Below, piece after piece: positions 12,394-22,825 of a stretch of DNA of 64,000 bases. The translations under genes and the position numbers were made by a program. The DNA is taken from the NCBI GenBank assembly GCA_965223345.1, contig CBDCWG010000001.1, positions 190,846 to 254,845 on the forward strand. The letters are read 5' to 3'. Within the stretch, counting starts at the first letter, position 1. Each line of letters begins with the position of its first letter. The notes beneath the pieces were generated by a model. That model searched no databases, was not told where the DNA came from, and saw nothing but the letters and a program-made list of their open reading frames with translations. Origin of the DNA: Nitrospinales bacterium (GTDB taxonomy: Bacteria > Nitrospinota > Nitrospinia > Nitrospinales > VA-1).

Positions 12394-12558
12394 TCAAGAA
12401 CCGTTTGCTGCGATCTTCACCTGGGGTTTGGTCTTTTTGACGGTTTTGCGGTAATTGGCCGGTTCGTACAGCATCTTGGTGGAGCGCTTGATGAGCGTTT
12501 TTTCCGAGATCACCTTTTTCAATTTTCCTGAATTGTCGTACACACGAACTTCATACAT
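12394..12558 (-). CDS. Small basic hypothetical protein (54 aa; not in the ORF track)
   Basis: MYEVRVYDNSGKLKKVISEKTLIKRSTKMLYEPANYRKTVKKTKPQVKIAANGS; AGAGG SD upstream. Confidence 0.65.
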   Translation of the reverse strand: MYEVRVYDNSGKLKKVISEKTLIKRSTKMLYEPANYRKTVKKTKPQVKIAANGS

Positions 12559-12591
12559 GATGCATCCTCTTTCCCCGCTTTGTGGGAGCGC

Positions 12592-12623
12592 AAAAAACCC
12601 GGCAGAGAACTCTCTCTGCCGGG
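12592..12623 (-). terminator. Rho-independent terminator of csp (12643-12843)
   Basis: 10-bp stem CCCGGCAGAG/CTCTGCCGGG, 6-nt loop, U-tract on minus strand. Confidence 0.85.
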
Positions 12624-12642
12624 TCGATTTGAAAGGTTTGAC

Positions 12643-12843
12643 TTACTTGGGAATGACTTTCGAAGCCTGCGGGCCCTTCTGACCCATCGTTTTTTCAAAC
12701 TCCACCTGCTGGCCTTCCCTCAGGGTTTTGAAACCCGGATCCTGGATTTCCGAAAAATGAACGAAACAATCTTCGCCATCTTCGGAAGCGATAAAACCAT
12801 AACCTTTGCTTTCATTGAACCACTTCACTGTTCCAACTGCCAT
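12643..12843 (-). CDS. Cold-shock protein (CspA family)
   Basis: [15 protein letters not shown]...FVHFS...GFKTL. Confidence 0.96.
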   Translation of the reverse strand: MAVGTVKWFNESKGYGFIASEDGEDCFVHFSEIQDPGFKTLREGQQVEFEKTMGQKGPQASKVIPK

Positions 12844-13179
12844 GCTGAATGTACTCCTGCAATTTTGTTGAGGCCCGCCAGACGAACCTGTCCATGAATA
12901 TTCGGGTTGTGCGTTTCAAGGGAATATCATGGAAACTGCCAAGGCAAAAAAAAACCATCCTTAGCGGATGGCCGGGAGGATAAAACCGGTTTCTTTTGTT
13001 TTGTCTTACCATGAGCGCGCTTCAAAAGAATCGCGACCCAATGACTCACGTCAACCCATCTTGGATCATGCTAGCACAGATCTTGAGCAAAGGGCGAAAA
13101 TTTTTCAAAAATTGTGGAAAACTTCCCTGCGGCAATAAAGCGGTTTTTCACGCACGGGCAACGCTGTCGGCCTCGAAAT

Positions 13180-14166
13180 TCAATGATCTCTGAGAAAACA
13201 GGCGACCCGGTGGCCCGGCGCCACCTCCCTGAGCTCTGGCGCGTTCTCTTCGCAGCGTTTCTCCTTGATCGGGCAGCGGGTGTGGAACGCGCAGCCTGAG
13301 GGCGGGTCCGCGGGGTTGGGCAGATCCCCGGTAACCCGCAGACGCGGCTTTTTCGGGCCCGGTTCCATCGAGGGCACCGCAGAGAGCAGCGCCTCGGTAT
13401 AGGGATGCCGGGGGGAGGCGTAGAGCGTCGCGCTGTCCGCCGTCTCGATGATCTTGCCCAGGTACATCACCGCCACCCGGTCGCAGAAATGCTCCACCAG
13501 GGCCATGTCGTGCGAGATGAACAGGTAGGCGATGTCCATCGCTTCCTTGAGTTTCTGCATCAGGTTCATCACCTGCGCCCGGATCGAGACATCCAGCGCC
13601 GACACCGGCTCGTCCGCCACGATCAGGCTGGGGTGGAGCGCGATCGCCCGCGCGATGCCCACCCGCTGCCGCTGCCCGCCGGAAAACTCGTGCGGGAAGC
13701 GCCGCGCGTATTCCGGCGCCAGTCCCACTTTTTCGAGCAACGCGGCCACCCGCTCGCTGCGCTCTTTGGGGTCGTCGAAACCGTGAATCAGAAACGGCTC
13801 TTCGAGCAGCCGGCCGATGCGTTTGCGGGGGTTGAGCGAGGCGTACGGGTCCTGAAAGATGATCTGCATCTCCCGCCTGAGCGAGCGCAATTCCTCAGCG
13901 CTGAGACGCAATAGGTCCTTGCCCTGAAACAGTACCCGTCCCGCAGTCGGCTCGATCAGGCGCAGCAGCGCCCGCGCCGCCGTGGATTTGCCGCAGCCCG
14001 ATTCCCCCACCAGCCCGAGCGTTTCGCCCTTGCGCAGATGGAAGGAGATGCCGTCCACCGCCCGCACCTGCGCGCCTGAGCCCTTGCCGAAACCGGTCTT
14101 GAGCGGGAAGTGCATTTTCAGATCCGTGACCCGCAGCAGGTCGCGCCGGCTTTCCTCCGGGGTCAT
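13180..14166 (-). CDS. Oligo/dipeptide ABC transporter ATP-binding subunit (DppF/OppF-like)
   Basis: [16 protein letters not shown], oligo_HPY tail with CAFHTRC. Confidence 0.93.
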   Translation of the reverse strand: MTPEESRRDLLRVTDLKMHFPLKTGFGKGSGAQVRAVDGISFHLRKGETLGLVGESGCGKSTAARALLRLIEPTAGRVLFQGKDLLRLSAEELRSLRREMQIIFQDPYASLNPRKRIGRLLEEPFLIHGFDDPKERSERVAALLEKVGLAPEYARRFPHEFSGGQRQRVGIARAIALHPSLIVADEPVSALDVSIRAQVMNLMQKLKEAMDIAYLFISHDMALVEHFCDRVAVMYLGKIIETADSATLYASPRHPYTEALLSAVPSMEPGPKKPRLRVTGDLPNPADPPSGCAFHTRCPIKEKRCEENAPELREVAPGHRVACFLRDH

Positions 14167-15149
14167 GGCGATGCCTCATGCAGAAAGCAGCTCACCCCCC
14201 GGCCCGCGCTCACGGTCTGCAGGCGCGGTTTCTCGGTTTTGCAGCGCGGCAGCACCGAAGGGCAGCGCGGGTGGAACGGACAGCCTGAAGGCAGCCGGTT
14301 GAGCGAGGGCACGTTGCCGGCAATCTCCGGCAGCAGGCGGGAAGCCGGCTTTTCGGCTTTCAGTTTGGGGACCGAGTTTTTCAGCCCCAGCGTGTAGGGG
14401 TGCAAGGGCTCGCGGAATATTTCGGCGGTCGGTCCTTCCTCGACGATCTCGCCGGCGTACATGACGAGGACCCGGTCGGCGATCTGCGTCACGATGCCCA
14501 GATCGTGCGTGATCAGCAGGATCGACATGCGCGACTGTTCCCTGAGCTGCTCCAGCAGGTCGATGATCTGCGCCTGAATCAGCACATCGAGCGCCGTGGT
14601 GGGCTCGTCGGCGATCAGGATTCTCGGCGAGCAGGCCAGCGCCATGGCGATCATCACCCGCTGCCGCATGCCGCCGCTCAGCTGGTGCGCGTACTGCCGC
14701 ATCTTTTCTTCTGGCATCGGGATGTCCACCCGGGAAAGCAGGTCCACCGCCCGCTCGTGGATCTCATGGCGGGGCAGGGTGGTGTGCTTGAAAAGCGGCT
14801 CCATGATCTGATCGCCCAGAGTCAGCACCGGGTTGAGCGAGGTCATCGGGTCCTGGAAGATCATGGAAATATCCTTACCCCGAACTTCCCGCAGCGCCTT
14901 CGCCGGCAGCCGCAAAAGGTCCAAAGAGTCAAAAAGAATGCGCCCCGACTCCACTCTTCCCGGGGGCTGTGGGATCAGGCCCAGGATGGACAGGGCGCTC
15001 ACGGATTTTCCGCACCCCGATTCGCCCACCAGGGCCAGCGTCTCCCCGCGGTGGAGCGCGTAGTGGATGCCGTTCACCGCGGTGAGCGGGCCCTCATCGG
15101 TGGTAAAAGACACCTTCAGGTTTTCAACGGTCAGTTCGGGTTGCAACAA
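14163..15149 (-). CDS. Oligo/dipeptide ABC transporter ATP-binding subunit (DppD/OppD-like)
   Basis: [27 protein letters not shown]; 4-nt overlap with partner. Confidence 0.93.
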   Translation of the reverse strand: MLQPELTVENLKVSFTTDEGPLTAVNGIHYALHRGETLALVGESGCGKSVSALSILGLIPQPPGRVESGRILFDSLDLLRLPAKALREVRGKDISMIFQDPMTSLNPVLTLGDQIMEPLFKHTTLPRHEIHERAVDLLSRVDIPMPEEKMRQYAHQLSGGMRQRVMIAMALACSPRILIADEPTTALDVLIQAQIIDLLEQLREQSRMSILLITHDLGIVTQIADRVLVMYAGEIVEEGPTAEIFREPLHPYTLGLKNSVPKLKAEKPASRLLPEIAGNVPSLNRLPSGCPFHPRCPSVLPRCKTEKPRLQTVSAGRGVSCFLHEASP

Positions 15150-15396
15150 AGATCCTCCAGCAGCGACCCGTTTAGTTTAAGCGCTTTGCGGCCGGGAGGA
15201 TGAATTTTTTTCGACTCCATTTTCCCCGCAAAAGTCAGGCCTCGATGGGCGAATTATAAGCCATTGTTATTTATGAAGGCATATCCGTTTTCCGAAAGTG
15301 CCGCTTGACATCTTCTCGCAACCCGTGGTATTCCACGCGAATGTAGGGCCTGTTTCATCGTGGAAGGCCTTTCACTGCTTATGAGGAGAAGTGGTC

Positions 15397-15597
15397 ATGG
15401 CTGATGGAAAAGTGAAGTGGTTCAGTGACAAGAAAGGATATGGATTTATCGAATCCCAGGATGGAGAAGACATTTTTGTGCATTATTCTGCGATCACGGG
15501 GGATGGATTCAAGACACTGAAAGAAGGGCAGGAGGTGGAGTTTGAAACCAACGCCAGCCCCAAAGGTCCGCAGGCCGCCAACGTCAAACCGAGATGA
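15397..15597 (+). CDS. Cold-shock protein (CspA family), second paralogue
   Basis: [15 protein letters not shown]...FVHYS...GFKTL; GAGGAG SD. Confidence 0.96.
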   Translation: MADGKVKWFSDKKGYGFIESQDGEDIFVHYSAITGDGFKTLKEGQEVEFETNASPKGPQAANVKPR

Positions 15598-15617
15598 TTC
15601 AGGGGGCAACCCCCGCG

Positions 15618-15651
15618 CCCGGCAAAGCCCGCGCTTTGCCGGGTTTTTTTT
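15618..15651 (+). terminator. Rho-independent terminator of second csp
   Basis: 10-bp stem CCCGGCAAAG/CTTTGCCGGG, 6-nt loop, T8. Confidence 0.88.
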
Positions 15652-15713
15652 ATGCGTTTTTTCAGTTTCTCTTTCCTCTATACATCTGAAAACGGTTTCT
15701 GTCTCCAATCCTC

Positions 15714-15742
15714 TTGAATGCCGCCGCCGCTTGCCTTATGCT
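15714..15742 (+). promoter_or_regulatory. Candidate sigma70 promoter of xth
   Basis: TTGAAT-17-TATGCT. Confidence 0.5.
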
Positions 15743-15777
15743 TTTCCCCTTTGCCGAATCGAAGGGGATGCCGCCGC

Positions 15778-16542
15778 ATGAAACTCATCAGCTGGAACGT
15801 CAACGGAATCCGCGCCGTTTTGAAAAAGGGATTTCTCGAATGGTTTCAGGCTGAAGCGCCCGATGTGCTCTGCCTGCAGGAGATCAAGGCCCACCCCGAA
15901 CAGTTGGACGCAGAACTGGTCTCGGAAGGCTATCACGCCGTGTGGAACCCGGCGCAGCGCAAGGGCTACAGCGGCGTGGCGACGTTCACGAAAAAGAAAG
16001 CCCGCTCGCAGATCCTCGGGATGGGCATCGAACGGTTCGACGTGGAAGGCAGGATCATCCGCACCGGGTTTGCGAATTTCGACCTGTTGAACGTGTACTT
16101 CCCCAACGGCACCTCGGGAGACGAGCGCCTGCAGTTCAAGATGGAGTTTTACGACGCGTTCCTCGATCACTGCGAAGCGCTGCGCAAAGAGGGCAAAAAA
16201 CTCGTCATCACCGGCGACGTCAACACCGCGCACAAGGCCATCGACCTCAAAAACGCCAAGGCGAACGAGAAAAACTCCGGGTTTCTGCCCATCGAGCGGG
16301 CCTGGATCGACAAGTTCATCGAGCACGGCTACGTGGACACCTTCCGCCTGTTTCACCCCGAGCCGGACCAGTACACCTGGTGGACCTACCGGGCCAACGC
16401 CCGGGCGCGCAACATCGGTTGGCGGATCGACTACTTTTTCGTCACCGAGGACCTGGTGCCCAAGGTGAAGGATTCGTTCATCCTGCCCGAGGTCATGGGC
16501 TCCGACCATTGCCCCATCGGGCTGGACCTGCGCAGCACCTGA
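15778..16542 (+). CDS. xth: Exodeoxyribonuclease III
   Basis: [38 protein letters not shown]. Confidence 0.96.
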   Translation: MKLISWNVNGIRAVLKKGFLEWFQAEAPDVLCLQEIKAHPEQLDAELVSEGYHAVWNPAQRKGYSGVATFTKKKARSQILGMGIERFDVEGRIIRTGFANFDLLNVYFPNGTSGDERLQFKMEFYDAFLDHCEALRKEGKKLVITGDVNTAHKAIDLKNAKANEKNSGFLPIERAWIDKFIEHGYVDTFRLFHPEPDQYTWWTYRANARARNIGWRIDYFFVTEDLVPKVKDSFILPEVMGSDHCPIGLDLRST

Positions 16543-16683
16543 CGCCCGCAATCGCCGTTTTCCCCCGCCGATTTGCATCCACCCGGCGGCTTGCGGTAGC
16601 ATCGTAGCGTACCCGACTCACAGGGCCCCGACGGGCGAATCCCAGTCACAAAATCCCATGGATTTCATACATAGAGGCGATAC

Positions 16684-19611
16684 ATGCAATTAGAGACCGG
16701 CCAATCGTGTCACGGATTCAAACTGAACAAAAAGGAAACGATAAAGGAACTCAAATCCCTGGCGCTGCATTTCGAGCACGAAGTGACCGGCGCCGAGGTT
16801 CTGGTATTGGAAAACGACGACGACAACAAGGTATTCAGCGTCACCTTCCGCACCCCGCCGGAGAACGACCGCGGCGTCGCGCACATCCTGGAACACAGCG
16901 TTCTGTGCGGATCGCGCAAATACCCGGTCAAGGAACCGTTCATGGAGTTGGTCAAGGGCAGCCTGCAAACCTTCCTCAATGCCATGACCTTTCCCGACAA
17001 GACCATGTATCCGGTGGCGAGCCGCAACCATAAGGATTTCAGAAACCTCATGAGCGTCTACCTCGATGCGGTGTTTTTCCCGCGCATCACAGAGGACATC
17101 TTCATGCAGGAAGGCTGGCACCACGAGCTGGAAGCGCCGGATCAGGACATCGTATACAAGGGCGTCGTTTTCAACGAAATGAAAGGCGTGTTTTCCAGCC
17201 CGGAAAACATCATCGACCGCTACCTCGCCCATTCCCTGTTTCCCAAAACCACCTACGGCTACGAGTCCGGCGGCGACCCCGACGCCATCCCCGATCTGAC
17301 GTATGAAGAGTTCAAGCAGTTTCACGAAAAATACTACCATCCCTCGAACAGCCGCATCTTTCTCTACGGCGACGGCGACACGGCGGAGTACCTGCGCTTC
17401 ATTCAGGAAGACTATCTGAAGGACTTCGACCGCAAGCAGGTCGATTCCGCCATTGCCCTGCAGAGAAAATTCGTGAAACCCAAGCGCAAGGTGATCCAGT
17501 ACCCCGTTTCCGCCGACGAATCGCTGGAAAAGAAAACCTTCGTCGTCACCGGGTTGAAACTGGGCAAAGCCACCGATTACGAGCACTGCCTGGGATTCAA
17601 CATCCTGAGCTACCTGCTGCTCGGCACCAGCGCCTCGCCGCTGCGCAAAGCGCTGATGGATTCCGAGCTCGGCAGCGAGGTGATGGGCGGCGGGTTCGAC
17701 GATCAACGGGCCGAAACCATGTTCGCCGTCGGGCTCAAGGGCACCGAAGCCGAGCATGAGGAGACCATCCTCGATCTGATCTTTTCCACGCTGAAGGATC
17801 TCGCCGACAACGGCATCGAGCCCGATATGATCGAGTCCGCCGTGAACACCATCGATTTCAAACTGCGCGAGGCCAATTTCGGCGGTTTCGCCAAGGGGAT
17901 CGTCTACAACATTCAGGCGCTGGCGTCATGGCTCTACGACGCCGATCCGACCCTGCACTTGAAATACGAGCGGCTCATGGGCCGCATCAAACAGAAATCA
18001 AAGGAAGGGTATTTCGAAAAACTGATCCGGAAATATCTTTTGGGCAACAACCACAGGAGCACCATCGTGGCGGTTCCCAAACCGGGGCTGGCGAAAAAGC
18101 GCGACGCCAAGGCGCGCAAACAGCTGCGCGCGTTCAAGTCATCCCTGCCGTCGGAAGAGCTGGAGAAGATGGTCGAGCGCACCCACACCCTGCAGCGCAT
18201 GCAGATCACACCCGATACGCCGGAAGCGCTGGCGACTTTACCGACACTGGGGATCGAGGACATCCGCCGGGAGAGTGAGGACTATCCCATCGAGATCAAG
18301 CAGGCCGGACCGCCGAAAATCCTGTTTCACGATTTGTTCACCAACAACGTGGCGTACACCCAAGTCGGCTTCAACACGCGCGCCGTGCCCATGCCGCTCA
18401 TCCAGTACCTGCCCCTGTTCGGCCGCCTGATTCTGGGCATGGGAACGAACCGCCGCGACTACGTCGCCGTCTCCAAGGAGTTGGGCATCCACACCGGCGG
18501 CATCCGTTCGTCGCATTTTTCCTCCGCCACCGTGAACGACCGGCAGGACATCGTCTCCTACATCTTTTTCAACGGCAAGACGCTGTTCGAAAAGCTCGAC
18601 CCGCTGTTCGGGATGGTCGGCGAGCTCATCGGCGAATTCAATTTCGACAACCACAAGCGGCTCGCCGAGATCATCCGCAGCGCCAAGGCCGACATGGAGG
18701 ATTCCATCGTTCCGCACGGCAACCAGTACGTGCTGGCCCGCTTGCAGTCCTATCAGTCGCGGCTCGGCCGCTTCGACGAACTCACCGACGGGATCACCTA
18801 CTACAAATTTCTCGAGGAACTGCTCGCGCGCGTGGAAAAAGACCCGGCGGAGGTGGCGGAGCGGTTCCGCGAGCTGGCGGGCTATTTGTTCACGCGGGAG
18901 AACCTGCTCGTCAACATCACCTGCGAGGGCAAAGGCTACGCCGAGGTCGAGAAACGCCTGCAGGGCCTGATGGACGCGATTCCCGATAAATCGCTGCCCG
19001 ACGCCGAGCTGGAGCTCGATCCCGTGCCCGGCAACGAAGCGTTTCTCACCGCCAGCACCGTGCAGTATGTCGGCAAGGGCGCCAACCTGTACGATCTCGG
19101 CTTCGAATACAGCGGCCGCTTCAACGTCGTCAAATCCCTGCTCAGCACCGGCTTTCTCTGGGAGAAGGTGCGCATGCAGGGCGGCGCGTACGGCTGTTCC
19201 AACTCCTTCGAGTACTACACCGGCGATTTCGGCCTCGTCTCCTACCGCGACCCCAACCTGACCGAAACCCTGAGCGTGTACGACGAGATCGCCGATCACA
19301 TCGCCAACCTGGACCTGACCGAAGACGAGTTGAAAAAGATCGTCATCGGCTGCGTCGGGCACCTGGACCCGCCGCTCTCACCGGACCGCAAAGGATCGAT
19401 CTCCATGATCGAGCATCTGACCGGCCGCACCGTCGAGTTGAAGCAGAAGCACCGCGACGAGCTGCTCTCCACCAAGCTCGAGGATCTGAAAGCTTTTGCG
19501 CCGCTGTTTCAGAAAGTCAAAGAGTCGGGCAACGTGTGCGTGCTCGGCAACGAGGAAAAGATCAAAAAAGCCAAGCCCGTATTCGACGAACTCGTGCCCG
19601 TGTTCAACTGA
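16684..19611 (+). CDS. M16C metallopeptidase (presequence protease/insulinase family)
   Basis: Inverted zincin HILEH, FLNAMT, GVVFNEMKG, VRMQGGAYG, SYRDP; 975 aa. Confidence 0.95.
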   Translation: MQLETGQSCHGFKLNKKETIKELKSLALHFEHEVTGAEVLVLENDDDNKVFSVTFRTPPENDRGVAHILEHSVLCGSRKYPVKEPFMELVKGSLQTFLNAMTFPDKTMYPVASRNHKDFRNLMSVYLDAVFFPRITEDIFMQEGWHHELEAPDQDIVYKGVVFNEMKGVFSSPENIIDRYLAHSLFPKTTYGYESGGDPDAIPDLTYEEFKQFHEKYYHPSNSRIFLYGDGDTAEYLRFIQEDYLKDFDRKQVDSAIALQRKFVKPKRKVIQYPVSADESLEKKTFVVTGLKLGKATDYEHCLGFNILSYLLLGTSASPLRKALMDSELGSEVMGGGFDDQRAETMFAVGLKGTEAEHEETILDLIFSTLKDLADNGIEPDMIESAVNTIDFKLREANFGGFAKGIVYNIQALASWLYDADPTLHLKYERLMGRIKQKSKEGYFEKLIRKYLLGNNHRSTIVAVPKPGLAKKRDAKARKQLRAFKSSLPSEELEKMVERTHTLQRMQITPDTPEALATLPTLGIEDIRRESEDYPIEIKQAGPPKILFHDLFTNNVAYTQVGFNTRAVPMPLIQYLPLFGRLILGMGTNRRDYVAVSKELGIHTGGIRSSHFSSATVNDRQDIVSYIFFNGKTLFEKLDPLFGMVGELIGEFNFDNHKRLAEIIRSAKADMEDSIVPHGNQYVLARLQSYQSRLGRFDELTDGITYYKFLEELLARVEKDPAEVAERFRELAGYLFTRENLLVNITCEGKGYAEVEKRLQGLMDAIPDKSLPDAELELDPVPGNEAFLTASTVQYVGKGANLYDLGFEYSGRFNVVKSLLSTGFLWEKVRMQGGAYGCSNSFEYYTGDFGLVSYRDPNLTETLSVYDEIADHIANLDLTEDELKKIVIGCVGHLDPPLSPDRKGSISMIEHLTGRTVELKQKHRDELLSTKLEDLKAFAPLFQKVKESGNVCVLGNEEKIKKAKPVFDELVPVFN

Positions 19612-19769
19612 TTGCAGCGCAGAGCGGCGTGTGGAGGGAAAGAGGGGGCCCCACTTGCACCCAGTCCAGCATTTTCCCGTGCGGGCGATTTTTCGTTAAA
19701 GTCGATTTGCCCGATGGTCGATAAAAGAGTCTGAACCGGCTGATAAATAAGCCGTAGACGTGACCGGGA

Positions 19770-20354
19770 TCACAGGTTGCGGGCGAACTCGAACGCCTCC
19801 TGCATCTTGGGCAGCGCGCTCAACTCCGGCACGATCTCCAGATAGCGGATGACGCCTGAACGGTCCAGCACCATCACCGCGCGGGCCAGCAGGCGGTTTT
19901 CCTTCATCAGGAGGCCCGAAGCCTTGCCGAATTCCGCGTCGCGGTAGTCGGACAGAAAGCGGATGTTGTCCATCTTGGCTTTTTTCGCGAACCGCGTCTG
20001 GGCAAACGGCAGATCGCGGCTGATCGTCACCAGGTTCACGGTCTGGTCCAGACCGCCGTTTTTTTCACTCAGAATATGCGTCTGTTCTTCGCAGGTGGGT
20101 GTATCCAGGGAAGGAACGACACTCACGAGGGTCACTTTGCCTTTCAAGGTTGAAAGTTCGACCATATTGAGCGATCCGTCGGGAAGGGAAACCTGAGGGA
20201 GTGTTTTTCCCACCTGCAAGTCATTTCCCCAAAGGGTCAGGGGTTGCCCTCTCAGGCTCACCTGAGGGGGCGCCTCGCCGAACGCGGCGAACGGCGCCGC
20301 AAACAACAACGCAAGAAGCACGAACATCCCGCCGAAAATTGTTTTTGAATTCAT
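19770..20354 (-). CDS. tpx: Thiol peroxidase (Tpx family) with signal peptide and a single Cys
   Basis: PSLDTPTC, DLPFAQTRFA, LARAV; start refined to MNSKTIF with GGAG SD. Confidence 0.88.
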   Translation of the reverse strand: MNSKTIFGGMFVLLALLFAAPFAAFGEAPPQVSLRGQPLTLWGNDLQVGKTLPQVSLPDGSLNMVELSTLKGKVTLVSVVPSLDTPTCEEQTHILSEKNGGLDQTVNLVTISRDLPFAQTRFAKKAKMDNIRFLSDYRDAEFGKASGLLMKENRLLARAVMVLDRSGVIRYLEIVPELSALPKMQEAFEFARNL

Positions 20355-20431
20355 AGCAGACTCTCCTTTATTCGTAAAATATTCTAAAAATAATCGTTGA
20401 GCAGGTTGTCCACCTGCTGGGATGCGGCATT

Positions 20432-22825
20432 TCAAAGCTCCACGTTCGTGATGCCGTCGCCGCCTTCGCCCAGCTTGCCCGGTTCGAAGTGTTTGCACAG
20501 TCCAGTCGTGCTCAGGTAATCGCGCACCAGATTTTTCAGCGTGCCCATGCCGTGGCCGTGAATGAGCGTCACCCGGCGGATCTGGTTGACCACCGCCTGG
20601 CTCAGAAACCGTTCCATCTCCTGAAGCGCCGTTTCCGAATCCATGCCGCGCAGGTCGCAGGAGGTCTTCATCGTCACGCCCTGCGTCTTTTCCACTTTGA
20701 TCTCGACAGGAGCCGCCGCGGGTTTCACAGGCCGGCTGCGGTTGCGGTGGCCGCGCAATTCTTTCAGCTCCACCACCGTTTTCACATTGCCCATCTGGAT
20801 GTGCACCTTTGATTTTTGGCCCGGCGGCTCGAGCAGCACGCCGAACGCGCCGTAGCTGGTCACCAGCACCCGGTCTCCCTCGGCCAGCTTTTCCGCGGGC
20901 ACTTCCCAGCCCGCGTGGTCTTTGACCTGCGCCGACAGCGGAACCCGGCCCAGCGCCGACAGTTTCTTGTCCACCTTGCGGATCTTGGCCACGTCTTTCG
21001 TGCCCTTGATCCCCTGGATCATGCGGCGGATCTGCGCCTTGGCCTCGCGGATGTGCGCCTGCATGCGTTTGGAGCGGTTCTTTTTGAATTCCTTTTCCGC
21101 CTCACGCAGGGTTTCGGTCAGGCGCTTCTGCTCTTTGCGCAGATCTTCCAGTTCCGCGCTTTGCGCGCGCATTCGGTCGGTTTCCCGTTCCAGTTCCAGC
21201 CGCTGTTGTGTGAGATCCTTGAGGAAGTTTTCGGCGCGCGTGTCGGTGGCCGCGTGGATCGAGCGCGCCGCTTCGATGATGTCCGCATCGAGGCCGAGCC
21301 GCTGCGCCGTCTCCAGCGCGTTGCTGTGGCCGGGCGCGCCGAAGATCAGCCGGTAGGTCGGGCTCAACGACTCCGCGTCGAACTCCGTGCAGGCGTTCAG
21401 AAATCCTGCCTGCGTCTGCGCCAGCATCTTGAGCGAATGGTAATGCGTCGAAACCAGCGTGACCACGTCCTTGCGTTTCAAATCGAGAAGGATCGCCTCC
21501 GCCAGCGCCGCGCCTTCCGTCGGTTCGGTGGCGATGCCCAATTCGTCCAGAAGGATCAATGTGCCCGGTTCGGCGTTTTTCGTGATGTGCACGATTTTTT
21601 CCAGATGCGCGGAAAACGTCGAGAGGTTGCGCTGGATGTCCTGGTCGTCGCCGATGTCCGCGTACACCCGGTCGAAAAAGCGCAGGCACGAGCCTTCCGC
21701 GACGGGCAGAAACAGCCCCGCCCGAATCATGAGCGAGAGCAGCCCCACGGTTTTCAGCGTCACCGTCTTGCCGCCGGTGTTGGGTCCGGAAATGATGAGC
21801 ACCCGCACCGACGCGTCCCAGCGGATGTCGTTGGGCACCACCTCCTGCTTGTTGAGGATCAGCTCCGGGTTGCGCGCCTGGATCAGGTTCACCTCGCCGT
21901 CGCGGCTGAGCGGGCAGAGTTTCGCCTGCATGACCTTTGCCAGCCGCGCCTTCGCGTGGATGAGATCAAGCGCCGCCGCCGTCTCCAGGTTTTTAACGAG
22001 GATGTCCTTGCTCTCCAGAACCGTGGCCGCCAGCGCCTGCAGCAGCCGGATCCTTTCCTGCTCGATTCTCAGCCGGCAGATCTTCAACTGGTTGTTCAGG
22101 GGAATCACCTGCGTCGGTTCGACGAACAGCGTCTGGCCGCTGCCCGAGCTGTCGTGCACGATCCCTTCGAGGCGCGATTTGAAATCCGCGTTCACCGGCA
22201 GCACCAGCCGGCCCTCGCGCTCGGTGATGTAGCTGTCCTGCAAGGTTTCCTTGACCGCCGCACTGGCCAGCAGTTTTTCCAGCCGGCTTTCCAGCTTGTG
22301 CTTGGCCGCCGCCGCTTCGCGCACCGCCTCCTTGAGTTCCGGCGTGGCGTTTTCCTTGATTTCGCCGTCCTCATCGATCGCGCTTTCCAGCTGCCTGAGC
22401 AGAGCGGGCAGGGGATCGAAATCCCGGCCCAGCTCCGTCAGCCGCGGCGCGCCGGAATGTTTGTCGAGCGCGCGCTTGAGATCGCGCACCAGCCGCAGCA
22501 GCTTCAGGATTTTGAGACAGGCCGCCGGGTCGAGGATGCGGTTTTCCAGCGCCGCCGTGAGAACGGGGCGGATGTCGTCGAAGGGCAGGATGGGAAACGC
22601 CGAGTCGGAATCCAGCAGGGTGACCATTTCCGCCGTGGTCTCGAGCGCCTGCTGTGCCTGTTCGAAATCGGATTCGGGCAGCAGCGAGCGGCAGTGCGAA
22701 GCGGTGAGGGGCGAGAAGGCGTGGGCGGCCAGCGCGTTTTGAATCAGCTCCCACCCCAGAAGCGCGACGGAGTGGTCCAGAATCCGGTGGGGCTCGGGTT
22801 CCGGTGCGGCGTCGGGGGTGCTCAT
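20432..22825 (-). CDS. mutS2: MutS2 endonuclease / ribosome-collision factor
   Basis: GPNTGGKT, DIGDDQ, STFS, LLDEL, coiled coil, C-terminal Smr domain (DLRG...IHGHGMG). Confidence 0.96.
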   Translation of the reverse strand: MSTPDAAPEPEPHRILDHSVALLGWELIQNALAAHAFSPLTASHCRSLLPESDFEQAQQALETTAEMVTLLDSDSAFPILPFDDIRPVLTAALENRILDPAACLKILKLLRLVRDLKRALDKHSGAPRLTELGRDFDPLPALLRQLESAIDEDGEIKENATPELKEAVREAAAAKHKLESRLEKLLASAAVKETLQDSYITEREGRLVLPVNADFKSRLEGIVHDSSGSGQTLFVEPTQVIPLNNQLKICRLRIEQERIRLLQALAATVLESKDILVKNLETAAALDLIHAKARLAKVMQAKLCPLSRDGEVNLIQARNPELILNKQEVVPNDIRWDASVRVLIISGPNTGGKTVTLKTVGLLSLMIRAGLFLPVAEGSCLRFFDRVYADIGDDQDIQRNLSTFSAHLEKIVHITKNAEPGTLILLDELGIATEPTEGAALAEAILLDLKRKDVVTLVSTHYHSLKMLAQTQAGFLNACTEFDAESLSPTYRLIFGAPGHSNALETAQRLGLDADIIEAARSIHAATDTRAENFLKDLTQQRLELERETDRMRAQSAELEDLRKEQKRLTETLREAEKEFKKNRSKRMQAHIREAKAQIRRMIQGIKGTKDVAKIRKVDKKLSALGRVPLSAQVKDHAGWEVPAEKLAEGDRVLVTSYGAFGVLLEPPGQKSKVHIQMGNVKTVVELKELRGHRNRSRPVKPAAAPVEIKVEKTQGVTMKTSCDLRGMDSETALQEMERFLSQAVVNQIRRVTLIHGHGMGTLKNLVRDYLSTTGLCKHFEPGKLGEGGDGITNVEL

